DNA of 64,000 nucleotides, taken from positions 35,065 to 99,064 of IMG/VR virus record IMGVR_UViG_3300028797_000135; one strand, written 5' to 3'. The notes beneath the pieces were generated by a model, which saw only the letters and a list, made by a program, of their open reading frames with translations, did not search any database and was not told the DNA's origin. The translations under genes and the position numbers were made by a program. Positions 1 to 9,400 of the stretch are shown here, in pieces (position 1 is the stretch's first letter; every line of letters starts with the position of its first letter). Source of the stretch: a virus. Its lineage: Duplodnaviria > Caudoviricetes.

Positions 1-26
1 AAGGCCGTTTTGTCAATGGTGTTATT

Positions 27-881
27 TTAACGACGGGGAGGTAGCTTCGAGAACATGTCAGAATCTCGACCGAAGCGTTTCTTGGTGAACGCCTTCTTTC
101 CGCCTGGAATCCTGTGCCACCCGAACCATATCTCGTCTGGGCCATCAAGATACATTGAAGGAATTTTTCCATTGAACTTGACATCTTCTATGTATGCCAT
201 CCTGTTGGACAGGTCTGCATATTTCCGTTTAGTCTCTGGATTGTCAGCCTGTTCCAGCCCTGTCATGAACGGGTGCATGAGAGCCTTTTCCAAGCAATAC
301 TTTCCTACAAGCTCGGCTGTTCCGCCGTGGTTAAGGGCCTCGTTGATTTCAGGGTCATTCTTGTATGCTGAAATACCAGCACCACGAGACGGAAACTTCA
401 TCCGTAGGCAATCACGTTCCCATTGGAGATACCTTCTGAAGTCCGACCTATCCTTCTGTCTACGGTCAAACATCATGTTGAGCCAAGCCTTGGCCTGTGC
501 ATCGGAGTCATACCTTTTTTCTTCCTCGCTGTACACGCTATCTTCGTCCAAGTGCTTAATTCTAGGAATCCACGTCAGGGAGTGCAGGTCAACATCGAAC
601 CAGTTGTCCTCAGGTACTCTCAAATTGTATTTATCCCTAAGCTCATGCCATTTCTTATTCACTTTCGCAAAGAACTCTTCCTTGCTGTGAGGCATAGAAC
701 TAAGGTAGTTCGCATAAGCGTCCATCCGTTCGTTAACCTCGTTGATGACATCTCCCATGTTCTCGCCGTTAATCTTCGGGCGGTTTGCACTAATCTTGTA
801 CAAATTGCTGAGAGCTTCCAATTGCGGCGTGGTAAGGTCCAGCTTGGAGATGGCTTCCATGAAAATCTTGTAATTATCCAT
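27..881 (-). CDS. hypothetical protein carrying the shared N-terminal leader motif
   Basis: ORF 27..893, with a likely ATG at 881. N-terminus YKIFMEAISKLDLTTPQLEALSNLY aligns without gaps to five other proteins in the window. Confidence 0.8.
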   Translation of the reverse strand: MDNYKIFMEAISKLDLTTPQLEALSNLYKISANRPKINGENMGDVINEVNERMDAYANYLSSMPHSKEEFFAKVNKKWHELRDKYNLRVPEDNWFDVDLHSLTWIPRIKHLDEDSVYSEEEKRYDSDAQAKAWLNMMFDRRQKDRSDFRRYLQWERDCLRMKFPSRGAGISAYKNDPEINEALNHGGTAELVGKYCLEKALMHPFMTGLEQADNPETKRKYADLSNRMAYIEDVKFNGKIPSMYLDGPDEIWFGWHRIPGGKKAFTKKRFGRDSDMFSKLPPRR

Positions 882-903
882 ATTTGACACCAATCAAATT
901 CAT

Positions 904-1257
904 CTACAGTTTATCGGTTTCCTTTTCCAGCAAATGTTGCAGATGGGTATCAATGAACATTATCTCCCAGTGGTAGGAGTTCACAATCCCGTCCATAATG
1001 GTTGCAACGAGCGTACCAGTACGGTTGCGATACACCGCAAAATGCCGTTTCATCCTGTCTGACAGGATAGTGACGACTGAATCCTGATAGCATATCCCGT
1101 GCATCTTCTTGCCTAGCAGCTCAACTTCCTTGACGTTCTTGCCGAAACGTTTCAGGACATCGACCGCCCTCTGTATCATTTCGGCAACATCGTAGTTGAT
1201 TAGCAGCTTCGGTGCGTTCTGGTCTATTACTTGTTTGTTTTGCATCATTGCTTGCAT
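904..1257 (-). CDS. hypothetical protein
   Basis: 117-aa ORF with AGGAGG SD upstream of the ATG; first gene left of the 1276-1297 palindrome. Confidence 0.8.
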   Translation of the reverse strand: MQAMMQNKQVIDQNAPKLLINYDVAEMIQRAVDVLKRFGKNVKEVELLGKKMHGICYQDSVVTILSDRMKRHFAVYRNRTGTLVATIMDGIVNSYHWEIMFIDTHLQHLLEKETDKL

Positions 1258-1275
1258 AGTGGCCTCCTAGCAATA

Positions 1276-1297
1276 CATACAGTTTATAAACTGTATG
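1276..1297. promoter_or_regulatory. bidirectional putative late promoter (perfect 22-bp palindrome CATACAGTTTATAAACTGTATG)
   Basis: TATAAACTG reads on both strands between the divergent genes starting at 1257(-) and 1315(+). Confidence 0.7.
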
Positions 1298-1314
1298 AAG
1301 ATAGAGGTCGTAAA

Positions 1315-2094
1315 ATGAAATCTCTTTTTGAACGCATCGACAAGCTCGATACAAACCTTAGGATAACCAGCGAGTGGGCCAAACGGAAGTACAACGAGTT
1401 AAATTCCCGTTTCTTCGGTGGAAGGCTCCCGAAGGACATCCAGTTCGAGATGTCTGGAACGCAAAACGCTGTCGGCGACGCATCCTGTGTCGTCAGCAAC
1501 ATGCCGTCAGCGGGAAGCATACAGGTTGGCGACAACTACGTTGGCAAACTCAAAATCCGTCTGTCCAGCTATTTCAACGACATCACCGAAACCGAGGCAG
1601 AGGAAGTCCTGCTCCACGAGATGATTCACATCTGGCAGTACGTAAGCATTCCGAAGTCCCAGTGGGGTGCCAACATGCACGGAGCGTCGTTCACAAACAA
1701 GATGAACGAAATCAACCGTATGTCAGGCGGCAAATACAACGTGACAACGACAAACGATTCCAGCATGAAGGCTCGCCACGCTGACGACCTCATGAAGAAC
1801 AAGAAGGAATACGACGAGCTTAGAGACTCCAGACTAATGTTCATCAAGGACAAGAACAACGACAGCAAGGTGGACGTAATCCGTTTCAAGGACGAAGCCG
1901 ACATGAAACAGTTTGCAGAACAGTTTGTCCCGATGCACGAACTTGAAGTTACTGGAACCGCAGCACCTCATGACATCGACGCTTATCGGTACAGGTTCGG
2001 TGCATTGAAGAACAACACGGAAGAGAACCGTAACGGCTACTACATTATGAACAAGAGAGATATCGACGAGGCAAAACGTCTCGGAGCAATCTAG
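1315..2094 (+). CDS. SprT-like zinc metalloprotease
   Basis: YNELNSRFFGGRLP, LLHEMIH (HExxH) and downstream HGASF...M..IN are typical of the SprT family; ATG at 1315 follows AGAGG. Confidence 0.85.
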   Translation: MKSLFERIDKLDTNLRITSEWAKRKYNELNSRFFGGRLPKDIQFEMSGTQNAVGDASCVVSNMPSAGSIQVGDNYVGKLKIRLSSYFNDITETEAEEVLLHEMIHIWQYVSIPKSQWGANMHGASFTNKMNEINRMSGGKYNVTTTNDSSMKARHADDLMKNKKEYDELRDSRLMFIKDKNNDSKVDVIRFKDEADMKQFAEQFVPMHELEVTGTAAPHDIDAYRYRFGALKNNTEENRNGYYIMNKRDIDEAKRLGAI

Positions 2095-2103
2095 GAGGAC
2101 AAC

Positions 2104-2301
2104 ATGTCATTGAAGAAGCAAATGTTCGAATCAGAAATCAGAAAGTTGAACCTGCCAGCGGCAATGGAATCGGTCATCAACGAACTTCACGACGTAGCGT
2201 TCCAAGAGGATGGTGACGACGAGCCTCAATACGTCGAGAAGGACTGGAAGTCCGTTGACAAGGACAACGGCGACGGAACGTCGTCTGTCGAAACTACATG
2301 A
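2104..2301 (+). CDS. 65-aa acidic protein made mostly of the shared N-terminal leader motif
   Basis: SD AGGAGG; KKQMFESEIRKLNLPAAMESVINELHDVAFQE followed by an acidic tail. Confidence 0.8.
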   Translation: MSLKKQMFESEIRKLNLPAAMESVINELHDVAFQEDGDDEPQYVEKDWKSVDKDNGDGTSSVETT

Positions 2302-2366
2302 TTGGTCCAATGATAACTTTCGCAATCGTCGTCATAACAATTCTACTGATAACGGGCAAGGTATGA
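2298..2366 (+). CDS. putative 22-aa single-pass membrane peptide (MIGPMITFAIVVITILLITGKV)
   Basis: Hand-translated; ATGA overlap with the stop at 2301, fully hydrophobic core, ends in the terminator. Confidence 0.45.
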   Translation: MIGPMITFAIVVITILLITGKV

Positions 2367-2398
2367 AAAAGGCGGGTTCAACACCCGCTTTCTTCATA
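2362..2398. terminator. bidirectional rho-independent terminator
   Basis: AAAAAGGCGGGT-TCAAC-ACCCGCTTTCTT between convergent genes. Confidence 0.75.
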
Positions 2399-3122
2399 TC
2401 CGTTCGACATAGTTGAGTAAAACCCACCCGTCAGTGGTTCGGCCCCATCCACGCCTTTCAGCATAGATATTTATCTGGGTGCCCTTCTCATACTTAGTGA
2501 CAACATTTCCTACGATGGGAGCTTCACGACAATTCAGATTTGCCGTTGTCGTTCCTGAATACAACGGGTTTCTAGGAAGCTTTTCCTTACCGATGATTTT
2601 AAGAAAGTCATACCAGTTGGACAGGCATTCTTCGTTCCTCACCCACGGCTGCGGGCATTGCTTTCCGCTAATGCAGTGATGCATGATGACATGGTCGAGT
2701 GGAATATCGTATTCTTCCATGAGCTTCTTGGCGAGCAATGCGGTACGTTCGACAACCTTATCCGAAATACTCCAATCAGTATCAGTTACTTTGAGTGACT
2801 TGGTATTCTTCTTGTCAGAACACATCTCAATCGAGATACAGTTTGCATTACGAGCGGTCTTGTACAACGTTCCACCAAGCGATGTGGAAAATTTATTGTA
2901 AATCTTATCACCAACAGCCCAGCAATACTGGTTCCTGATGTCTGGATTGAACTGAACAACTTCATCTTGGTCCACGATAAAGTCGGCACTCGCCTTCGTA
3001 TCCTGCTTCCCGAAATAAGTTGCAATACGCTTTGCGGTTCCGCCCTTGGAACTCGTGCCCGCAGTGTAATGAATAACAAGATATTCTATCGGGCGGTTCT
3101 TTTTAACAGTTACGTTGTACAT
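2394..3122 (-). CDS. N-acetylmuramoyl-L-alanine amidase (Amidase_2) with C-terminal SH3b-like domain; probable endolysin
   Basis: YLVIHYT, ASADFIVD, CISIEMC and VIMHHCISGKQCP (Zn ligands intact); C-terminal LNCREAP...WGRTTDGWV is SH3b-like; ATG at 3122. Confidence 0.9.
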   Translation of the reverse strand: MYNVTVKKNRPIEYLVIHYTAGTSSKGGTAKRIATYFGKQDTKASADFIVDQDEVVQFNPDIRNQYCWAVGDKIYNKFSTSLGGTLYKTARNANCISIEMCSDKKNTKSLKVTDTDWSISDKVVERTALLAKKLMEEYDIPLDHVIMHHCISGKQCPQPWVRNEECLSNWYDFLKIIGKEKLPRNPLYSGTTTANLNCREAPIVGNVVTKYEKGTQINIYAERRGWGRTTDGWVLLNYVERI

Positions 3123-3123
3123 A

Positions 3124-3657
3124 CTATACCGCAGGACCACCAGCAGCGGCAGCTCCGCCTCCGCCACCACCATCGTAGCAACCAACGGCACAACCCTGCT
3201 TGTACGGAGAGTAGTTCATCCTGTTGGGAGCAGCGAATCCACATGCCATCGGCTGTGCGCTTGCGTTATAATTAAGGACTGGATAATTCTGCTTGATGTG
3301 GCCCTGTGCGGTCTTTATCATTTCCTGAATTTTCGGGTCAGTCTTAATCTTTTCCCTCTTCCATACAATCTTGCCAGGGAAGCATTCCTTCATTTCCTTC
3401 TTAGGGTCTCGGTTTGCGTTCGGGTTTGTTGAAAGGGTCATCGGGTGCTGTTGAGCGCCAACTTCGTTCGAGTGGGAACTGTTCGTAGCCATCGGCGTCT
3501 GAATAGCATCATGAATGTTATGGTTATCAGCCATCGGCAACATCAGGTTTCGTTCAAAGCCCTCGAAACACGCCTTGTGAAGACGCTTGATGGCTTCCAA
3601 CTGGGCCTCGGAAAGGCCGAGCTTTCCGATAGATTCAAAAAACAGTTTCGTTTCCAT
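3124..3657 (-). CDS. hypothetical protein with shared N-terminal leader motif and Gly/Ala tail
   Basis: METKLFFESIGKLGLSEAQLEAIKRLHKACFEG; C-terminus GGGGGGAAAAGGPAV. Confidence 0.8.
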   Translation of the reverse strand: METKLFFESIGKLGLSEAQLEAIKRLHKACFEGFERNLMLPMADNHNIHDAIQTPMATNSSHSNEVGAQQHPMTLSTNPNANRDPKKEMKECFPGKIVWKREKIKTDPKIQEMIKTAQGHIKQNYPVLNYNASAQPMACGFAAPNRMNYSPYKQGCAVGCYDGGGGGGAAAAGGPAV

Positions 3658-3661
3658 ACAC

Positions 3662-3677
3662 ATAGTTTATAAACTAT
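3662..3677. promoter_or_regulatory. bidirectional putative late promoter (palindrome ATAGTTTATAAACTAT)
   Basis: TATAAACTA on both strands, 5 nt from an ATG on each side. Confidence 0.7.
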
Positions 3678-3681
3678 TTGC

Positions 3682-4707
3682 ATGAAGGTAAACGGATTCA
3701 TCATACCCGTAAGGGGTAACTGCCGAGCTATGAACGAGGAGCGAAAGAACTTCTCGGTACTGACGCACGTTTCCGAACATCTGTGGAACGACAGGATTGG
3801 AGCCTATGTCGAACGGTCTGAAAAGGCCCAGATTAACAACCCAGTCATGTCCCGTGACAGGAACCTCGGGGTGAGGTTCCACTACCGCAGGCACAACGCA
3901 TTCCTTGACCAAGAGCGTTATGACAGGATGTCATCGGACTTTGTAAAGCGTCAGGGTGTATTCATCAAGTATTACACCGTGACGATGGACGTGGACAGCA
4001 ACTCATTGTTCCACGAGGACAACTTGCGTACTGTTGACAGGGAGTTCGACTTCCAAGTTCTAATCGGGTTCCAGCCGCAGAAGGAACTGTACGACAGGTA
4101 CGGCATCCAGTTCGACGGAAAGATGGAACTGCAATTCCTGATGACCTACTTCCTCGAATGCAACTACCAGTCACTGAGAGAACATGGCATCAAGCCTATG
4201 TGCGCCCCGACAGAGCACAACCCCATCTGGTATCAGCGTGGTTATGAAGACTTCCGTTACTATGGTTATACCGCACAGCAGATTTTCCCCAAGGCTGGCG
4301 ATATGCTCAAATTCGAGTTCAACAACATCTTGTATCAGGTGACCAAGATTTCCGACGAGCAGCCTGAATACGAGTACAAGCAAAGAAAGTATTGGTGGAA
4401 GGTTTTCGTGGATACGGCAGTGGATTCTGGACAGAAGGTATCGGACGACGTTTTGATGAAGCCCGAACAGGAGAACTTCATCAACAACCTCCTCGGAAAG
4501 ACAACCTACGAGAAGGGAGAAATGGAATCGGGTGCGGATGCGGCAAAGCCGACAACACAAGCGGAATACCCGTTCGCTGTCAACGCAACTATCGACGAAC
4601 TCAAAAAGGATGTCCTGTTCAGGCCTCCCGAAGTTCCAGAATGCGTGGACAATGTTACCGAGTCCCCGTCCTATCAACCTTGCGAGAAACTTCTTGGTGG
4701 TTGGTAA
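3682..4707 (+). CDS. neck/head-completion protein, T4 gp14-like
   Basis: GVFIKYY...LFHED...RYGIQFD...PKAGDMLKF..NILYQVTKISDEQP resembles the gp14 motif order; start may be 3682 or 3730. Confidence 0.65.
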   Translation: MKVNGFIIPVRGNCRAMNEERKNFSVLTHVSEHLWNDRIGAYVERSEKAQINNPVMSRDRNLGVRFHYRRHNAFLDQERYDRMSSDFVKRQGVFIKYYTVTMDVDSNSLFHEDNLRTVDREFDFQVLIGFQPQKELYDRYGIQFDGKMELQFLMTYFLECNYQSLREHGIKPMCAPTEHNPIWYQRGYEDFRYYGYTAQQIFPKAGDMLKFEFNNILYQVTKISDEQPEYEYKQRKYWWKVFVDTAVDSGQKVSDDVLMKPEQENFINNLLGKTTYEKGEMESGADAAKPTTQAEYPFAVNATIDELKKDVLFRPPEVPECVDNVTESPSYQPCEKLLGGW

Positions 4708-4710
4708 CGC

Positions 4711-4740
4711 AAAAAGCTCCGTTCAAACGGAGCTTTCTTC
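4711..4740. terminator. bidirectional terminator
   Basis: AAAAAGCTCCGTT-CA-AACGGAGCTTTCTT between convergent genes. Confidence 0.8.
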
Positions 4741-4920
4741 TTATTTGTGGTATTCCCATTGGTATCTTACATTGGCATCTGGATTTTCTGCTTGAATCCG
4801 TTCCTTTTGGTGACACAGGCCAAGCTTTACCAATAGCCGTACGATTGGGTCGAAAATTCCATTGTCGATGACAATTTCCATCTTCGGTCGTTCAGGACAT
4901 TTAATATTCATTTGCGACAT
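4741..4920 (-). CDS. hypothetical 59-aa protein (not in ORF track)
   Basis: Hand-translated MSQMNIKCPERPKMEIV...WEYHK; SD AGGAG. Confidence 0.65.
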   Translation of the reverse strand: MSQMNIKCPERPKMEIVIDNGIFDPIVRLLVKLGLCHQKERIQAENPDANVRYQWEYHK

Positions 4921-4934
4921 TAGATATTCTCCTA

Positions 4935-5093
4935 TTAGTACACGACAACGACTTTCTCTTCTCGACCGTCGTCATAATACTTAATGCCTTCAAATACCTC
5001 TTCAAACTCCATCTTGTTCATATCTACTACGGGCAAGTCCTGAGGCATCTTTTTCAGCTCTTCAGCCAAGTCTGCTACTGTCTTTATTGCCAT
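4935..5093 (-). CDS. hypothetical 52-aa protein (not in ORF track)
   Basis: Hand-translated MAIKTVADLAEELKKMPQDLPVV...; the TVxELxxxLxxxPxDxxV start is common in small phage proteins. Confidence 0.7.
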   Translation of the reverse strand: MAIKTVADLAEELKKMPQDLPVVDMNKMEFEEVFEGIKYYDDGREEKVVVVY

Positions 5094-5096
5094 GTA

Positions 5097-5435
5097 TCAC
5101 CCCAGTTTGAACAATTCGTCAGCACACGTCTTGTAGTACGCATCACGCATGATTTTCACCATGCTGGTTTCTTCAATTTGATGAGCCTGTTCAAGCTTTT
5201 TCAATTCATACAAGAAATTCTTTAAATTCTCCATCTTGTTAGGAATGTATCTTACCCATTCACTGTTCCTAAGATGAAGCCCACGAGTGTGACTTACTGT
5301 GGTGAAATCATTGAATTCAATCTTCGTACCGCATTCCTTGCAGTATTTTTCAGATTGATAGACAGCGTGACCGCATTTGGGACACACCGCACAAATCCAC
5401 GGAGAACCATTCCGAACATAGACGTGAGCTTCCAT
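5097..5435 (-). CDS. double zinc-ribbon protein
   Basis: CPKCG...YCKECG; TAATG coupling with the upstream ORF. Confidence 0.75.
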   Translation of the reverse strand: MEAHVYVRNGSPWICAVCPKCGHAVYQSEKYCKECGTKIEFNDFTTVSHTRGLHLRNSEWVRYIPNKMENLKNFLYELKKLEQAHQIEETSMVKIMRDAYYKTCADELFKLG

Positions 5436-5611
5436 TATTCCCTCGGTTTCTTTTTCTGTTTTACACTCACTGAAAACGACACGGTAATCTCGCCGTAATT
5501 ATCAGGGTCAATACCCTTGCGGTCGCACTCCCGTATAAAGGCGGTTTCCATCCATTCCCATATATCGAGCAGGTCATGGCTACACACAAAATCATCTTTC
5601 ATTCTCATCAT
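5435..5611 (-). CDS. hypothetical 58-aa protein (not in ORF track)
   Basis: Hand-translated MMRMKDDFVCSHDLLDIWEW...KKKPRE; stop and start overlap neighbours at both ends. Confidence 0.65.
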   Translation of the reverse strand: MMRMKDDFVCSHDLLDIWEWMETAFIRECDRKGIDPDNYGEITVSFSVSVKQKKKPRE

Positions 5612-5751
5612 TTCTCGGCATCCTCCATAAATTTATGAATAGCAGTCGAGAAAGCCATGCCAATGGCAAAGCCCAAGCTCAGGATTTTCAACCCGAGCAT
5701 GAGGGCTTGTGCCTTAGCCTTGGTAGAGCGAAAGATGCCCTTTATGCTCAT
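5608..5751 (-). CDS. 47-aa putative membrane peptide (not in ORF track)
   Basis: Hand-translated MSIKGIFRSTKAKAQALMLGLKILSLGFAIGMAFSTAIHKFMEDAEK; ATGA overlap with the IF-3 stop. Confidence 0.6.
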   Translation of the reverse strand: MSIKGIFRSTKAKAQALMLGLKILSLGFAIGMAFSTAIHKFMEDAEK

Positions 5752-6347
5752 ACTGCTTCCTTAGCCTGACCCTTACCTTTCACATAGAAGAACATCCAGT
5801 CACGGGCGTTGTTCTTGTCGGTAATAGGCAATTCCTTTGTACACACAGCGTTAGCCGCAGTCATACTTTCAACAATCATCGGCTTCAAGGTAGCCATCGC
5901 AGTATCCTTGTGGGAAATTTCACGGCCATGGAACTGTACCGCAATCTTGACGGGATGACCTGCTTCAATGAATTCTGCAGCCTTGTTCATCTTCGTCTTG
6001 AAATCGTTTTCGCCAATGTTCGGACCAAAGGTGATGGTCTTTTCTTCGGAACGGCGAGCGTTTTCACGGTTCTTCTTGTCCTGTTCCTTCTGAGCCTTCT
6101 TTTTCAGGTACTCTTCCTTCTTTTGGTCGCCAAGCTTGAATACGGCAGCCTTTTCGTTCACGACAACGACATCCAATCCTTGGTCTTGTGCCAGCTTTTC
6201 AGCCTGACCATAGGTCATTTGTTCGATTGAACCATCATCCTTCTTCAATCGGATGGTGGCATTACGGTCGAAAGTCTTCGTTTCGTTAAAATCACGGGCA
6301 TCCTTGCGCTTGTAGCCGAAGTTGCCGTTATTGTAGGATTTGTACAT
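5748..6347 (-). CDS. infC: translation initiation factor IF-3 homolog
   Basis: N-domain IRL...AEKLAQDQGLDVVVV, Lys-rich linker, C-domain KTITFGPNIGENDFKTKMNKAAEFIEAGHPVKIAVQFHGRE. Confidence 0.88.
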   Translation of the reverse strand: MYKSYNNGNFGYKRKDARDFNETKTFDRNATIRLKKDDGSIEQMTYGQAEKLAQDQGLDVVVVNEKAAVFKLGDQKKEEYLKKKAQKEQDKKNRENARRSEEKTITFGPNIGENDFKTKMNKAAEFIEAGHPVKIAVQFHGREISHKDTAMATLKPMIVESMTAANAVCTKELPITDKNNARDWMFFYVKGKGQAKEAV

Positions 6348-6400
6348 TTAATTTCCTTGTTTTAATGTTTGGTCGGAGGCTGTTTACCCCAGACTACCAG

Positions 6401-6429
6401 AATATAGATTATTAAATCCCCCTTGTCAA
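6401..6429 (-). promoter_or_regulatory. sigma70-type early promoter for the IF-3 operon
   Basis: Minus strand reads TTGACA-N17-TATATT. Confidence 0.75.
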
Positions 6430-6437
6430 GGGGGATT
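6415..6437. terminator. inverted repeat overlapping the -35 box; possible terminator of the upstream gene or operator
   Basis: AATCCCCCTTG-T-CAAGGGGGATT, 11-bp arms. Confidence 0.5.
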
Positions 6438-6468
6438 CTAAAATGTAAATGTAAAAGATATTTTACAA

Positions 6469-9400
6469 TCAGTCCTCGTAACCTGGATTTAGGTAGCCGT
6501 CTGCCGCTATCGCAACATACTTAGTAGAGCTACCTTCGGGGTCTGGCTCATTGTCTACAACGGGACCGTAGGAGATTGAGTCTAGCAAGATTACTGACGG
6601 GTAACCATCCATGTCACCAAGGTCCTTAATCCAATACTCCTTTTTCTCAGGGTCGTCATCATCGTCCGCAAGGATAAGCACACCATCGACAGGGTATACA
6701 CACTGCGGTTTCGTCGCATTGTACAAATCGACAAATTCCTGAACGGATATCGGCGTATTGTAGAACCTGAAATCATAAGACATAGGTATCTTAACTTTTG
6801 TCGTGTTCGATTTGATAGTCCAGCTTTCGTCGATTGTTCTCCATGTGAGAGCATTGCCGACAGCGACACGGATAGGATAGCGTTTCTTCTCGACCGTTTC
6901 AACCAATTCCCCATCCTCTACATGTCGGGTGACCACATCATAGGTAGGCACTTCATGACTCAGGCAAGCCTCATACGTTATATAATTTTCATCCTCTTTA
7001 TCAACCGTTATAGTAAACGGTATCGGGCGTATTTGCCCCTTAGTTGAATAGGCATAATAGGTCTTGCCAACCGTGAGACGGCCACTTACAGGAACAACCA
7101 ATTCATAATAATCCTTACTTTCATAGGTGGATTTATACGTCAACGGATAGTCGGCACTTCCGCTGAAAACCCATGAAGGGTCACTGATTTCAATGCCATA
7201 CCCGACCATCTTGTGGCGATAAATCTCCACATAGTAGTCATCTTTGTTGAATCCAGCATGTAGGGTAATGTCAGCAGTTGCAACACCATTTTCAATACGG
7301 GTTACTTTGGCCCGCATCTTCTCTTCCATCACATTTCCGTTCGACACATTCAGCACGTCGCCTACCTGAACATCGTCAACATAATCGTTTACAGGCAAAT
7401 TGAATGTAATCATATCAGCCGCAATGTTAGCGCCAGTTATTGGAACCGCCCTGAAATAAGTGTTTTCACCATCATCGTAGGACACTGGCAAAAGTTCGAA
7501 CCAGTCGGTCACATCGACCATTTCAACTGTCGCCGCACCAACTTGCTGTATGCGGTATGCAACATATTCTTTCGGGTTCTTAGACGTGCGGGCAACAAGA
7601 GCATACATAGTCCAGTAGTCAACACGGTCATCGTCCATTGTCGCCTGCCAGAACACCATACTGAATCCAGTGCCATCAGCGCTGTTGTACTTGCCATCTT
7701 CCCCCTTGGAGAATGCGGCGTACTCGTGGTCACAAATCGCACCCTCATTACAGTTCGGGTAGATAGCGTCTTGTATGCAGCTTCCTTGCTGAACAACATC
7801 TTCCAAGTCAAATCTGTATTGCTTGTCAAAGGACTCAACATTTTTTACGCACTCATCTATCAGCGGGTCGCCGCTGCTACCTGGCATCAATCCCTTGTCA
7901 ACTTCGGTCTTCACCTGATAGTCAGTTATGCGGATTCGCTTGCCAGGAACAAGGGTTCCGTCCTTTTCACCGCACTTACCTACAACCTTCACTGTCCTTG
8001 TCGCCGTATTCAGAACGCAAGAACCATTGAGGTAGTAATACCAGATGTGGTAAACTCCGCACTTGCAGAAATCAATGTCGTTGTAGGTGACGATATCATT
8101 GGACATATCGACGCTATTGCCGCTATACGGGCCAGCTTCACCCAGATACTTCCATTCGCCACACATGATGCGATACAGGCCGTTCTGCCCGTCATCCTGA
8201 TTCTGCAGGTTGACAATCATACCGCTTCTCAGATTGACTGTTCCAAGCCAGTAGTTGCCATACCTTCTTCCTACATTGGTATCTATTGTAGCAGACACCG
8301 TCTCTGTTACACGAGCACCAAGGTCAATAAACGTATCTTCGGTAACATCGCCGTAATACTCCCAGTCACCCTTCTTCACAATCCATAATCCGTTTTCGTT
8401 TACGGATTTTCCATCTTCGGATTCCTTGATGAACTGCGATGTAAGCCATACCAAGTCGTTTTCCTGCAACTTAATTCCGTTAAGAGTCAGCTCACCGTGC
8501 TTGTATTGGAGATACTCGTTGTATTTCACCTTGACTGAAAGGTATCTCATCGCACAGCATGACTCTGGGCTACGCAGCTTGACGTACATATCCTTGCCGT
8601 AGCTCTTTGCTGGCGTATTTGAATCACCTTGGTAGTCATCCGTGTTCAATTCGATTGGGGACGTATAAATGCAGTTCGCACCAGTCGTATACTTTCCATC
8701 ATCTTTAGAACCGTCATAAACGTAACGTATGACAGGGAAATCAACACGGTATGCTGGTTGGTCTTCACCACAGCCCTTTCCGCTGATAACGATGTTGCTC
8801 TTTCCGCATACCTCACGCCCACGCTCGTCCACAGGGAACATTCCCTGCATCAGATTTATCTTGATTTGGTTGTTATCCAAGTCAAGTTCATACACAGGCA
8901 CATTGGCCGTGCTGACACCATCGTATAGCTGCAACTCGGTACAGGCGGTACTTGAACCTTCTACGATAAAGTCGTTATGACACTGGTCGATAGGGAACTT
9001 CAGCAGGCCGATTTCTTCAATGTTCTGTCCGATTACGACACTTCCATCCATGAGCAATGTCGTAAACTGTTCCCCGTTAGGAGACTTCAAACCTATTACC
9101 GATTCAAGTGTCAACCGTACGGTTGAATCAAAGTCAACTTTCCAAACTTTGTACTCAACACCGTCAACCCTCACGTTGCCGACAACATCCTTTCCGAACG
9201 TACCGACAAGTACGCCATCCACATAGAATTTCGCCTTACCCTTGATGTTGCCCTTGCTCATGATATAGATGTGGGACAACGTGTCGAAGGTTCCGCTTAC
9301 CATAGACTTGCCGACTTCGACATAATCATGGTATGAACCATTCGGTATGACCTTGGTCGTAAACTTCCTGTCATCAGTAGCATCCTTATCGACAGGCATT

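Noticed and set aside
10-20. TTGACA on the minus strand at the left edge
   Set aside because: Probably a -35 for a gene outside the window, but its -10 and gene cannot be seen.
1231-1314. Upstream extensions given by the ORF track (1231, 3191, 10808, 18575, 19598, 30263)
   Set aside because: They run across promoters, terminators or neighbouring genes; downstream ATGs fit better.
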